Position numbers and translations under genes: made by a program. 41,022 nucleotides of DNA from Candidatus Omnitrophota bacterium (lineage in GTDB: Bacteria; Ratteibacteria; UBA8468; MWAK01): positions 1 through 41,022 of the forward strand of contig JAZDPL010000035.1 in NCBI GenBank assembly GCA_043797665.1. Direction: 5' to 3'. The notes below the pieces were generated by a model that had not been told where the DNA came from, made no database searches, and worked only from the letters and a program-made list of their open reading frames with translations. Positions 9,706-19,041 of the stretch are shown one piece after another; the stretch's first letter is position 1; each line of letters begins with the position of its first letter.

Positions 9706-10907
9706 ATCCAGGAACGTTCGCGCATTGCGGATACTAACTCCGAAACCGAAAGGAGGTAGGCACCCTCCCGGAAATTAGTCTTATGTTCTTTAGTCAGTCC
9801 TTGAATCTGCTGAAAGGTCTTCTCCATCTTTCCGTCGATGAAGTCATAGACTTCCTCGGCGGAAGTCTGATTACCGCTCTTGGCGTTACGCCACTCCACG
9901 TAAGAAGCGACCACGCCGCCGCTGTTAGCCAGAATGTCCGATACCACCGGTATCTTCCTCTGGTTCAGGATTTCATCTCCCTTCGGTGTGGTGGGACCGT
10001 TGGCCGCCTCAATGACCAGCCGGGCAGAGATGTCCCCGGCATTCTTCTCCGTGATAACGTCTTCCACCGCAGCCGGAATGAGAATATCCACCGGCAGGGT
10101 AAGGAGTGACGGGTTATCAACCTTCCGGAGTTTGTCCGACGGATACGCTGAGAGTAGGTTTCCCCTGGAAACAAAGTCGAAAATCTCCGGGACAGGTAAA
10201 CCTTCTTTGGCGTACAGTCCTCCGGAGATATCGCTGATGGCGATAATTTTGGCGCCTTTACGGTAAAGAAATTCTGCGGTGTAACTCCCAACGTTGCCGC
10301 AACCCTGAATCGCGACGGTCGCATCCTTAATCTCTTTTCCCAAAACCGCCCGGCAGGCAAGTCCGGCGATTGTGGAAACTCCCCTTCCGGTAGCTTCCCG
10401 GCGTCCCGGCAGACCTCCCAACCGGGGTGGTTTTCCGGTAACCGATTCCGGCCGGTGGGTCTCGCCGTAGATAATAGCCATATCCAGAGGGGTTGAACCC
10501 AAATCCGGCGCCGGAACATAAGCGCCGGAAAGCAGGTCTGACATTATCATATGGGCGTACTCCCTGATAAGAGCCATCCGCTCAAAATCCGGGATACTCT
10601 TGGGGTCAAAAGCGATAGCCGACTTCCCGCCGCCGAACGGGATACCCATCAGGGCGCACTTGTAGGTCATCAGTTCCGCTAAAGTCTTGGTCTCTTCCAG
10701 GGTCACGTTGGAAGCAAACCGTACCCCGCCTTTTGCCGGACCCATAACCACGTTGTGGTAAACAACATAGCCGTTATAGATAAGCACCTTGTTGGGTCCT
10801 AACTTAATGTTAATAGAAAGGGTGGTTGCTTTCTCCGGGGTGGTGAGCAAGACCTTAGCCGATTCCGGAATTTTAATAAATTTTTCCAACCTTCCGAAGT
10901 CTACCAT
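9702..10907 (-). CDS. Glu/Leu/Phe/Val dehydrogenase (glutamate dehydrogenase-like)
   Basis: GPAKGGVRF, MTYKCA, PFGGGK, VPAPD, ATGRG, QGCGNVG, EAANGP, DILANSGGV. Confidence 0.93.
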   Translation of the reverse strand: MVDFGRLEKFIKIPESAKVLLTTPEKATTLSINIKLGPNKVLIYNGYVVYHNVVMGPAKGGVRFASNVTLEETKTLAELMTYKCALMGIPFGGGKSAIAFDPKSIPDFERMALIREYAHMIMSDLLSGAYVPAPDLGSTPLDMAIIYGETHRPESVTGKPPRLGGLPGRREATGRGVSTIAGLACRAVLGKEIKDATVAIQGCGNVGSYTAEFLYRKGAKIIAISDISGGLYAKEGLPVPEIFDFVSRGNLLSAYPSDKLRKVDNPSLLTLPVDILIPAAVEDVITEKNAGDISARLVIEAANGPTTPKGDEILNQRKIPVVSDILANSGGVVASYVEWRNAKSGNQTSAEEVYDFIDGKMEKTFQQIQGLTKEHKTNFREGAYLLSVSELVSAMRERSWI

Positions 10908-10927
10908 CTATCTCCTTAAGACCCGCG

Positions 10928-10958
10928 TGTCATTCCCGCGTGCCTTTAGCGGGAATCT
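10928..10958 (+). repeat. TGTCATTCC-type REP singlet
   Basis: TGTCATTCCCGCGTGCCTTTAGCGGGAATCT. Confidence 0.8.
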
Positions 10959-11077
10959 ATGAAGACTGTAGATATTTTACCACACAACTCCACCGGGATG
11001 GTAGACCCGGATTTGACTTTGCTTTATATTTAATATAAAATAACCTGTTAGTTACTTTATATTGAATATGGAGGAAT

Positions 11078-12310
11078 ATGGAAATATATCGAAGAACGGT
11101 TTTTGAGGAGTTAATTAAATATCTGGATACAGCCGAGGCTATCATTCTACATGGGGCAAGGCAGGTTGGTAAAACTTGTATCCTTTTGTATCTTAAAAGA
11201 TATCTTGAAGAAAAAAAAGAACTAACCCATTATATTGACCTGGAAGACTCTCGCTTTGTCAGGATTCTTGATGCCGGACCACAAGAATTCTTTAAGTACC
11301 TATTGGAGGAAGGTTTCGATCTTGATATACTGTCTACCCAACGCAAGAAGATTTTTGTCCTTATCGACGAAATCCAATACCTTAAAAATCCCTCCTCCTT
11401 CCTGAAAATAATCGTCGACCACTACCCCTCTCTCAAGATTATCGTTTCCGGTTCCTCAACATTTGATATCAGAAATAAATTCAAAGATTCTTTAGTGGGC
11501 AGAACCGTCAACTTTAATATCTTTAACCTTTCTTTTCAGGAATTTCTCTTATTCAAGGGTTATCCATTTAACGGAGAAATGTCTTTTACCAAGAAAAAAG
11601 AGGGGGAACTTAAATCGTTATATCAGGAGTATGCCCTTTTTGGAGGTTACCCCAAGATTGTTTTGACGCCGGACGTGGAAATGAAGGAAAAATATCTCCA
11701 GCAAATCATCGACACCTACGTAAAAAAAGACATCCGAGATCTGGCGGTAATTAAAGATATTGATAAGTTTAATAAAATTCTGGAAGTTCTGGCTTCCCAA
11801 AGTGGTCAGTTGTTAAACACCGCGGAACTTGCCAACACCTGTTCTTTGGCTAAGAAGACCGTGGAAAATCATCTTTTCCTCTTGGAACAGACTTACGTTA
11901 TCAAACTTGTCCGGCCGTATAGTACCAACTTAAGAACCGAATTATTCCGAAGACCCAAGATATTCTTTTATGATACCGGTCTAATGCAGATGCTGTGGCT
12001 GAAGGGACTCCAGAAGCAAATTTTAGGACCGGTATTTGAAACCAGTATCTTTGCCGAATTAGTAAAAAAGTACGGAGCGGAAAAAGTCAATTTCTGGAGA
12101 ACTACGGACAAAAAAGAAATAGACTTTATTTTGCGGAAAAAGAACGAGGTTTTGCCCATTGAGGTAAAGATGAACCTTACCCAATTTAACCCTACGGCAA
12201 TAAGATACTTTCTGGAAAGGTACCACTTAAAGGGATACCAGGTAATCTGTCTGGAAGGCGAAGTGGATAACCGCCTTTCCTTTTATCCCTGGCGCGTAGG
12301 TACTCCTTAA
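11078..12310 (+). CDS. AAA_14 ATPase with DUF4143 C-terminal domain
   Basis: GARQVGKT, IDEIQ, SGSS, LVGR, GGYP, FFYDTG, EIDFI...PIEVK. Confidence 0.9.
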   Translation: MEIYRRTVFEELIKYLDTAEAIILHGARQVGKTCILLYLKRYLEEKKELTHYIDLEDSRFVRILDAGPQEFFKYLLEEGFDLDILSTQRKKIFVLIDEIQYLKNPSSFLKIIVDHYPSLKIIVSGSSTFDIRNKFKDSLVGRTVNFNIFNLSFQEFLLFKGYPFNGEMSFTKKKEGELKSLYQEYALFGGYPKIVLTPDVEMKEKYLQQIIDTYVKKDIRDLAVIKDIDKFNKILEVLASQSGQLLNTAELANTCSLAKKTVENHLFLLEQTYVIKLVRPYSTNLRTELFRRPKIFFYDTGLMQMLWLKGLQKQILGPVFETSIFAELVKKYGAEKVNFWRTTDKKEIDFILRKKNEVLPIEVKMNLTQFNPTAIRYFLERYHLKGYQVICLEGEVDNRLSFYPWRVGTP

Positions 12311-13305
12311 ATACAGTCCAGGGGCCAGAGGAAGAAGTTGAAGGGCGAACCGGAAAGGGTGCCGAAGAGCGCTTCCACTTGGGCTGGTTCGGGTAAGAAC
12401 TTGAGCGCGGCAAGGTCCGGTTTAGCGCTGCCGCCGGTTTGGGGTAGGAAAACAGAGATGGTCTTCTCTAAGTCTATAATCTTTAACATCCAGGTTGAAA
12501 CCACGTTCCAGTCTGAGGCAGACTTTAAAATAGGTTCAGGAACCGCAGACCTTTCCGGAAAGAAGAAGGTTAGCGGAGTATCGCCAAACCGTTCCATTAC
12601 GTACCGGGTAATCCCTAAAATGGTCCCAGCGTTACCGCCAAATTCCACCACTCCTTCCCGGCCACCTTCGCCGGAGAGCGCCAGATATCCGAAGTCCTGG
12701 TCTTTACCGCTGCAAAAAAGGAGTAAACCTGATTTCCGGTAGATAAGGCGGTACTCTTCTTCAGCCCTCTTTCTCCGGTAGGGATGCTGTTGATAAGCAA
12801 TGATTATTTGACGTAAGAGGTCTGGTTCACCAAAATAACGCTGGGGGAAGATTGGTTTTATACCCGCTTTATCCAGTCCGCGGCGGGTAACGGTGAGCCG
12901 AAGGGTTTTGCCGGCGTTCTCGTAACCAAAACTCCGGTAGCGGTGCCGGTCACCACCCAGGATAGAAACAGGAAAACCTTCCTCTTTCATCTGGTCAATG
13001 GCATGGTTCATCAGTTGACTCATATAGCCTTTGCCCCTTATTGAAGGAGAGGTGGCGACGCCTCCGATACCACCCGCCTTCACCCTGGACTTACCCAGAA
13101 TTAAGTCGAGCGAAAAGACACGCACCAGGCTGGCGATACCATCGCCTTCCCGGATTAAGTAGGTGTGCTGAAAATCGGTTGTCTCTTTCCGCCAGACCGC
13201 AGGATAGGCTGCAGAAAAGTAGTTGTGCGTATGGCCGTAGGCATCCTCTAACAATCTTTGTATCTCTTCGTAATCTTCCGCTTTAGCCTGAGATATCTTT
13301 TCCAT
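12307..13305 (-). CDS. GNAT N-acetyltransferase, Eis-like
   Basis: GIGGVATSPSIRGKGYM acetyl-CoA motif and YRSFGYE; start moved to ATG 13305. Confidence 0.8.
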   Translation of the reverse strand: MEKISQAKAEDYEEIQRLLEDAYGHTHNYFSAAYPAVWRKETTDFQHTYLIREGDGIASLVRVFSLDLILGKSRVKAGGIGGVATSPSIRGKGYMSQLMNHAIDQMKEEGFPVSILGGDRHRYRSFGYENAGKTLRLTVTRRGLDKAGIKPIFPQRYFGEPDLLRQIIIAYQQHPYRRKRAEEEYRLIYRKSGLLLFCSGKDQDFGYLALSGEGGREGVVEFGGNAGTILGITRYVMERFGDTPLTFFFPERSAVPEPILKSASDWNVVSTWMLKIIDLEKTISVFLPQTGGSAKPDLAALKFLPEPAQVEALFGTLSGSPFNFFLWPLDCI

Positions 13306-13315
13306 ATCAATAATC

Positions 13316-14359
13316 CTAATGGCGGAGGCGCTGGAAGGATTGCCAGAGACTTTTGACACTCTGGTAACGTTTAGGATAATCAATCTTGACCGGATCAACC
13401 TCCACATCTTTTCCTTTAACCTTAACCATCAGGAAGTGGTAATAGCCGCCGCTTTCCTCGGAAAAGTTCAGTAAGGGAGCACCGCCGCCGCCGCTGATAT
13501 ACTCAGTCAAGCCACTCCGGCGGTTAATTCCGAAACGGTGTTCGTGGCCCACAAAGAGGTACTTAACTTTGTAGCGTTTTAATATTTTCTCTAATTTTTC
13601 GCTGTCCCGGAGAGTACCGGGTTGGATTATACCCCGGTAAAGGGGCCGGTGGAGAAAGACAAAAAAGAGACCAGCGTCACTATGAGCCTTCAGGTCCTCT
13701 TCTAACCAGGCAATCTGCTCCTGGCCCAAACTGCTGTGCATACCCGGTACCTTCTCACTACAGAGAACCACAAAGTGGTAACCTTTATGGTCAAAAGAAT
13801 AATAAAGATTCGGCGATATCATCGCCTCATAGACCGGGAATATTTCCGCTTTAGGGATATCATGATTGCCCGCTACTTCATAAACAGGAACAACAAACCT
13901 GGCTTTTTTCTCCTGATAGACAGAGAATTGTTTTCCCTGACTTGCCTGGTCAGCGCTACCAGCAACCTTATCACCCAAATGAACCACAAAGTCAGGCTCA
14001 GGGGTTGTACCACCCTTAAGACTATTGATTTTTTCAATAATTAAGTCGAAGACCGGCGAGACCGGCTCGGCTAAACTCGCTCCCTGGGTATCACCTACCA
14101 CTGCAAAAGACCATTCCTCCGGTATCTCTGCTCCGGCAGATACTGATTTACTAAGTCGCACCTCGCTTCGCTCGGCGCTCTCCAAAGGGAGTTTACACTC
14201 CCTATGGCGGTCACTAACGTTCCCTGTTACCCTCTCTACTACGCAAGGGGGTTCTTCGCCACCCCCTTGGCAATCCCCCCTTGAACCTACTAAGGTATAA
14301 ATTCCTGTAGGTTCAAGGAGGAAACAAATTAAAAATAAAAACCAACCTTTTTTAAACAT
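13316..14359 (-). CDS. Calcineurin-like metallophosphoesterase with a 54-aa insertion in its signal peptide
   Basis: VGDTQ, HLGD, AGNHD, HRP, GHEH motifs; likely start MFKKGW at 14359, since the longer track start runs through a REP doublet. Confidence 0.85.
   Translation of the reverse strand: MFKKGWFLFLICFLLEPTGIYTLVGSRGDCQGGGEEPPCVVERVTGNVSDRHRECKLPLESAERSEVRLSKSVSAGAEIPEEWSFAVVGDTQGASLAEPVSPVFDLIIEKINSLKGGTTPEPDFVVHLGDKVAGSADQASQGKQFSVYQEKKARFVVPVYEVAGNHDIPKAEIFPVYEAMISPNLYYSFDHKGYHFVVLCSEKVPGMHSSLGQEQIAWLEEDLKAHSDAGLFFVFLHRPLYRGIIQPGTLRDSEKLEKILKRYKVKYLFVGHEHRFGINRRSGLTEYISGGGGAPLLNFSEESGGYYHFLMVKVKGKDVEVDPVKIDYPKRYQSVKSLWQSFQRLRH
14153..14316 (-). mobile_element. 162-bp multi-hairpin non-autonomous element, copy 1 (in frame in the CDS)
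   Basis: Differs from 39100-39263 at 7 of 164 aligned positions; flanked by CTT on both sides in the coding strand. Confidence 0.8.
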
Positions 14360-14372
14360 ATATACGAACGAA

Positions 14373-14422
14373 GTAGGGGTTTGATTTATCAAACCCGCGG
14401 GTCGGATAAATCCGACCCCTAC
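14373..14422. repeat. 50-bp GTAG REP doublet
   Basis: GTAGGGGTTTGATTTATCAAACCCGCGGGTCGGATAAATCCGACCCCTAC. Confidence 0.9.
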
Positions 14423-14493
14423 GTTTTTTAAAGACGTTTGTATTTGGTTTGCGTAAGTCAAGATTATTATTATACAATAATCCGGGCTAAAAG

Positions 14494-15654
14494 ATGAAGA
14501 AAGCAGTGGTTTTTGGGGCGGGGAATATTGGCCGGGGGTTCTTAGGTCAGATATTCTTTGAATCCGGTTATGAGATAACCTTTATTGAGGCAATACCAGG
14601 GGTCGTCACCAATCTTAACCGGAAGAAAGCCTACCCGCTCTGGGTCGTTTCCGAAAAAGGTACCGAAAAGTTCGAAATCAGCCGGGTTCAGGCGGTTCCG
14701 GCTGAAGATGAGAAAGCGGTAGCCGGAATCTTAAAAGATGCCGACATCTCGGCTACTGCGGTTGGTGTCAACAACCTTCCCCGTATCTATCCCCTTATCG
14801 CATGCGGGATTGAAGAAAGATTCCGGTCAAAAACCGACGCACCTTTAAATATTATCATCTGCGAAAACCTCCTTTCTGCGGGAAAGGTATTCCGGACCGA
14901 GATTAAAAAGAGGTTATCTCCGGAATTGCATCCCTATTTTGACGAAAAGGTGGGTCTGGTGGAAACGGTGGTCAGCCGGATGGTGCCGCCGGTACCGATA
15001 GATCTGAAAGAGAAAGAACCATTATTGGTCCTGGTGGAACCCTACAAAATCCTGCCGGTAGCCAGGACCGGTTTTAAAGGCGAACTCCCGAAAGTAGCCG
15101 GATTTCATCCGGTCTTGAACATCTCGGCTTACGAGGAACAAAAGTTGTATATCCATAATTTGGGTCATGCAGTCTGTGCGTACTTAGGGTACTTAAAAGG
15201 ATACCGGTATATCCGGGAAGCGGTTGCTGATTCTGAAATTAGCCATCGGCTTACCGGCTGCCTGAACGAAACCGGTACTGCCCTGGTCAAAAAACACCCG
15301 TTCCTCCAGCCGGAACTGCCCGGCCATATCGCCGACCTCCGGCACCGTTTTGCCAATAAGGCTTTAGGAGATACGGTCTGGCGGGTAGGCCGGGAACCAA
15401 TAAGGAAGTTAGGTCCTTCAGACCGATTAGTCGGTGCGCTCCGACTATGTCTAAATTACGGAGTGGAACCGGAAAACTTAATCTTTACGATAGCATCGGC
15501 ACTGTGTTATAATTATAAAGAGGATGGAGAAGCGGCCATCCTGGCAAAAATGATTTTAGAGAATGGTGCCGGCTACGTTCTTCAGGAAGTCTGCAAGATT
15601 AAACCGGAAGAGCCAATCTATAACGCAATCCTGGAAAATTACAATAAACTTTAG
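14494..15654 (+). CDS. mtlD: Mannitol-1-phosphate 5-dehydrogenase family
   Basis: FGAGNIGRGF, TAVG, IICEN, VSRMVP, KLYIHNLGHA, RFAN...RVGREPIRKLGPSDRL. Confidence 0.85.
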   Translation: MKKAVVFGAGNIGRGFLGQIFFESGYEITFIEAIPGVVTNLNRKKAYPLWVVSEKGTEKFEISRVQAVPAEDEKAVAGILKDADISATAVGVNNLPRIYPLIACGIEERFRSKTDAPLNIIICENLLSAGKVFRTEIKKRLSPELHPYFDEKVGLVETVVSRMVPPVPIDLKEKEPLLVLVEPYKILPVARTGFKGELPKVAGFHPVLNISAYEEQKLYIHNLGHAVCAYLGYLKGYRYIREAVADSEISHRLTGCLNETGTALVKKHPFLQPELPGHIADLRHRFANKALGDTVWRVGREPIRKLGPSDRLVGALRLCLNYGVEPENLIFTIASALCYNYKEDGEAAILAKMILENGAGYVLQEVCKIKPEEPIYNAILENYNKL

Positions 15655-15655
15655 A

Positions 15656-15786
15656 TGTCATTCTGAACGTAGCGAAGAATCCGACGTTATTCTGTCGTTC
15701 TGAACGAAGTGAAGAATCTATAGATCCTTCACATTCGTTCAGGATGACACTTCGTGTCAGATCCTTCGTTTACACTCAGGATGACA
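15656..15786. repeat. Cluster of four TGTCATTCTGA-type REPs (two forward, two reverse; BIME-like)
   Basis: TGTCRTTCTGAACG..GAAGAATC twice, then GATCCTTC..TCAGGATGACA twice. Confidence 0.85.
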
Positions 15787-15790
15787 AAAA

Positions 15791-15846
15791 GGCGGGGCGC
15801 GGGTACCCTTACCATAGGATTGGTAAGGGATGAATCCGCCCCCGAC
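15791..15846 (-). repeat. GTCG-variant REP with a nested 24-bp hairpin
   Basis: GTCGGGGGCGGATTCAT-CCCTTACCAATCCTATGGTAAGGG-TACCCGCGCCCCGCC; the inner module recurs partially at 2826-2843. Confidence 0.65.
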
Positions 15847-15856
15847 AAAATATATT

Positions 15857-16894
15857 ATGAAGGCGGCGTTAGTAAGAGGAATTGAGGATTTAGTATACGG
15901 GGACTTTCCCACGCCCTCTCCCGGTAAAGGGGAGATGGTAATCAAGGTAAAAGCCTGCGCGGTCTGTGCTACCGACGTCAAGGTCTATCATTATGGCCAC
16001 CGGCTCATCCAGTTTCCCAGAATCACCGGCCACGAACTGGCCGGAGAGGTAGCCGGCGTCGGTGAAGGAGTAACCGGCTTTGTCCCAGGGGAGCGGGTCC
16101 AGGTGGCCGCCGCCATTCCCTGCGGAGAATGCTACTACTGCCTGCGGGGAATCCAGGCGATGTGCGACGACCTGAAGGCGATCGGTTACCACTATAACGG
16201 TGGTTTTGCGGAATATACTCTCCTGCCGGAACGAATCTTACGCAACGCCTGCGTCAACCGGATTCCGGAAAATCTTTCCTTTGAGGAAGCAGCCCTGGCG
16301 GAACCGTTAGCCTGTGTCATTAACGGACAGGAAATCAGCGGCGTGGGTTTTGGGGACGTGATCGTGGTAATCGGTGCCGGACCCATGGGATGTATGCATA
16401 CCCAGGTGGCAAGAACCAAAGGTGCGCGGAAAGTAATCCTGGCGGACATTGATGAGGCACGGCTGAAAATGGCGTCCTTTACCAAGGCAAACCGGTTTGT
16501 CAATCCCGTCAAAGAAGACATGGTAAAAGCGGTTAAGGAAGAGAATAACAACCGGTTAGCGGACCAGGTTATGGTGGCAGCCGGTTCCGGACAGGCGCAG
16601 ATCCAGGCGCTGCAGTTAGCCGCAAATAGAGGTACGATAAACTTTTTTGGGGGCTTACCAAAAAGTCAGCCAACGGTAACCCTGGATACTAACCTTATTC
16701 ACTACGGAGAACTTAAGGTGGTGGGCACCCACGGTTCTGCGCCAAGACACAATTCTCTGGCTTTAGCGGTCCTGGCTTCCGGTGCGATTAAGGGTACGGA
16801 CTATATCACCAACACTTACCCCCTTTCGAAAATTAAAGAGGCGCTGCAATTTGCAGAAAAGGGACAGGGACTGAAGATTATCGTGAAACCTTAA
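15857..16894 (+). CDS. Zn-dependent alcohol/polyol dehydrogenase (MDR family)
   Basis: VCATD, GHE, CGECYYC..C, EPLAC, GAGPMG; start moved to ATG 15857. Confidence 0.9.
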   Translation: MKAALVRGIEDLVYGDFPTPSPGKGEMVIKVKACAVCATDVKVYHYGHRLIQFPRITGHELAGEVAGVGEGVTGFVPGERVQVAAAIPCGECYYCLRGIQAMCDDLKAIGYHYNGGFAEYTLLPERILRNACVNRIPENLSFEEAALAEPLACVINGQEISGVGFGDVIVVIGAGPMGCMHTQVARTKGARKVILADIDEARLKMASFTKANRFVNPVKEDMVKAVKEENNNRLADQVMVAAGSGQAQIQALQLAANRGTINFFGGLPKSQPTVTLDTNLIHYGELKVVGTHGSAPRHNSLALAVLASGAIKGTDYITNTYPLSKIKEALQFAEKGQGLKIIVKP

Positions 16895-16896
16895 AG

Positions 16897-17005
16897 GTAG
16901 CGGTGCGATTTATCGCACTGTAGTGGCATAAATGCCACCGCTACACCTGTAGGGGTCGGATTTATCCGACCCGAAGATTTCGGGTTCAATAAATTGAACC
17001 CCTAC
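16897..17005. repeat. Two tandem GTAG REP doublets
   Basis: GTAGCGGTGCGATTTATCGCAC..GTGGCATAAATGCCACCGCTAC (16897-16944) and GTAGGGGTCGGA..TTGAACCCCTAC (16949-17005). Confidence 0.88.
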
Positions 17006-17027
17006 ATTTTTGGTTGGAAAGAAGATT

Positions 17028-17996
17028 ATGAAGAAGATAACGAAAGAGGAGGCAAGGCATCTCCTGAAACAAATGATGCAAATCCGGCAGTTTGAAGACG
17101 CCATTATGGACCTTATGGCACGGAATATCGCGGAAGGCGGCTCGCACCTTTATGCGGGGGAAGAAGCGGTGGCGGCCGGAGCAATCTCCGCCATCAGACC
17201 GGACGACTACATCACCAGTACCCACCGGGGCCACGGCCATGCCATCGCCAAGGGCGGCTCGCTGCCCCATTTAATGGCGGAGATTTTAGGCAAGGAGACC
17301 GGGGTCTGCAAGGGAAAAGGCGGGTCTCTCCATCTGGCCGATGTCTCCCAGGGCAACCTGGGTGCCAACGGTGTGGTGGGCGGAAGTATCGGAATCGCCG
17401 CTGGTGCCGGTACATCAATCAAACTGCGGGGCACCGACCAGGTGGTCCTCTGTTTCTTCGGAGACGGCGCCACCAATACCGGTCTCTTCCACGAAGCATT
17501 AAATATGGCCGGGAAATGGAAACTCCCGGTAATTTTCATCTGCGAAAATAATCTGTATGGAATGTCGGTCTCCGTGGAACGCGCCTGCGCGGTGAAAGAC
17601 TTGACCAAGAAAGCGGTTCCCTACGGCATGCCGGCGGAATGCTGCGACGGGATGGATGTGCTGGCGGTAAAAGAGGCAGTGGCAAAGTACGTGGCACCAG
17701 CTCGGAAGGCCGCCGGTCCGGCATTTATTGTCTGCAACACCTACCGCTACTACGGCCATTCCCGCAGCGACCCCAGGGTCTACCGGACCAAAGAAGAAGA
17801 GAAGAAGTGGAAAGACCGTGACTGCATCAGCAGTTTCAGCCGGAAGATGCAGAAAGAAGGCATCCTGACCGAAAAAGAAGTTTCTGACCTGGAAAAAGAG
17901 GTGACCGCAGAACTGGAAGCGGCCATAGACTTTGCCATCAAGAGTCCGGACCCGAAACCGGAAGAACTATACCAGGACGTATATTACGAAACGTAG
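17028..17996 (+). CDS. Pyruvate/acetoin dehydrogenase E1 alpha (TPP-dependent)
   Basis: HLYAGEEA, STHRGHGH, GDGATN..N TPP motif, TYRYYGHSRSDP; start at ATG 17028. Confidence 0.92.
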   Translation: MKKITKEEARHLLKQMMQIRQFEDAIMDLMARNIAEGGSHLYAGEEAVAAGAISAIRPDDYITSTHRGHGHAIAKGGSLPHLMAEILGKETGVCKGKGGSLHLADVSQGNLGANGVVGGSIGIAAGAGTSIKLRGTDQVVLCFFGDGATNTGLFHEALNMAGKWKLPVIFICENNLYGMSVSVERACAVKDLTKKAVPYGMPAECCDGMDVLAVKEAVAKYVAPARKAAGPAFIVCNTYRYYGHSRSDPRVYRTKEEEKKWKDRDCISSFSRKMQKEGILTEKEVSDLEKEVTAELEAAIDFAIKSPDPKPEELYQDVYYET

Positions 17997-18042
17997 GGGC
18001 GCCATTCATGGCGCCCGCGGGCTTGATGAATCAAGCCCCTAC
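17993..18042. repeat. 50-bp GTAG REP doublet overlapping the E1 alpha stop codon
   Basis: GTAGGGGCGCCATTCATGGCGCCCGCGGGCTTGATGAATCAAGCCCCTAC. Confidence 0.9.
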
Positions 18043-18063
18043 GAAAATAAAACAGAGGTTGTA

Positions 18064-19038
18064 ATGAGGGAAATTACTTACCGCCAGGCTCTGAACGAAG
18101 CGCTGGCTGAAGAGATGGAAAAAGACCCGTCGGTCTTTCTGATGGGCGAGGACATCGCCATCTACGGCGGCGCCTACGGTGTAACCTTAAACTTAATGCA
18201 GAAGTTCGGCGAAGAGCGGGTGCGGGACACCGCCATTTCGGAAGCGGCCATTATTGGCGCCGGCTTAGGCGCAGCCATCACCGGAATGCGTCCGGTGGTG
18301 GAGATTATGTACATTGACTTCATGGGTATCTGCCTGGAGCAGATTAACAACCAGGTGGCGAAAATCCGGTATATGTTCGGAGGCAAGACCCGAGTCCCTC
18401 TGGTCATCAGAACCGAAGGCGGAGCAGGCCGGACTCTGGGTGCGCACCACTCCCAGAGTTTAGAATCCTGGTTCATCCACATCCCGGGGCTGAAGGTGGT
18501 AATGCCGGCAACCCCTTACGATGCTAAAGGACTGCTCAAGTCCTCCATCCGGGACGACAACCCGGTGGTCTTCATTGAACACAAAATGCTCTACAATACC
18601 AAGGGACAGGTCCCGGAAGAAGAGTATCTGGTACCCATCGGCAAGGCAGACGTCAAACGGACCGGCAAGGACGTTACCATTATTGCCTATTCCCGGATGT
18701 TACTCTTTGCTCTGGAGGCAGCCAACCGGTTAGCCGGGGAAGGAATTGAGGCTGAGGTCATCGACCCGCGCACCCTTCTTCCGTTAGATATAGAAACAAT
18801 ATCGGAATCAATAAAAAAGACCCACCGGGTCGCGATTGTGGAAGAGGATACCAAAACCGGCGGAACCGGTGCGGAAATAGGGATGCAGATTATGGAAAAC
18901 TGCTTCGACTATTTAGACGCACCGGTCCTGCGAATCGCCGGCGCTGACGTACCGATGCCGAAAAGCCCGGTTCTGGAAAAGTTGGCTATTCCCCAACCGG
19001 AACGCATCTACCGGGAAATTAAAAACATTGTGGAGTAA
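18064..19038 (+). CDS. Pyruvate/acetoin dehydrogenase E1 beta
   Basis: MGEDI, DTAISE, RPVVEIM, GAHHSQSLE, IDPRTL; start at ATG 18064 because the track extension is REP-derived. Confidence 0.92.
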   Translation: MREITYRQALNEALAEEMEKDPSVFLMGEDIAIYGGAYGVTLNLMQKFGEERVRDTAISEAAIIGAGLGAAITGMRPVVEIMYIDFMGICLEQINNQVAKIRYMFGGKTRVPLVIRTEGGAGRTLGAHHSQSLESWFIHIPGLKVVMPATPYDAKGLLKSSIRDDNPVVFIEHKMLYNTKGQVPEEEYLVPIGKADVKRTGKDVTIIAYSRMLLFALEAANRLAGEGIEAEVIDPRTLLPLDIETISESIKKTHRVAIVEEDTKTGGTGAEIGMQIMENCFDYLDAPVLRIAGADVPMPKSPVLEKLAIPQPERIYREIKNIVE

Positions 19039-19041
19039 ACT

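Noticed and set aside
14025..14300. ORFs 14025-14300 and 39116-39409 sharing the GGSSPPPWQSPLEPTK peptide
   Set aside because: Antisense readings of the 162-bp element, not a protein family.
15757..17270. Short ORFs ending in CHPE or CRGSIY type peptides, and other antisense or overlapping ORFs in the track
   Set aside because: Shadow frames of real genes or translations of REP sequence.
17932..18063. N-terminal extensions in the ORF track for E1 beta, and likewise LarE, NifS, the Zn dehydrogenase, GNAT, FmdB and the phosphoesterase
   Set aside because: They run through REPs, promoters or upstream genes; family homology starts at the downstream ATG.
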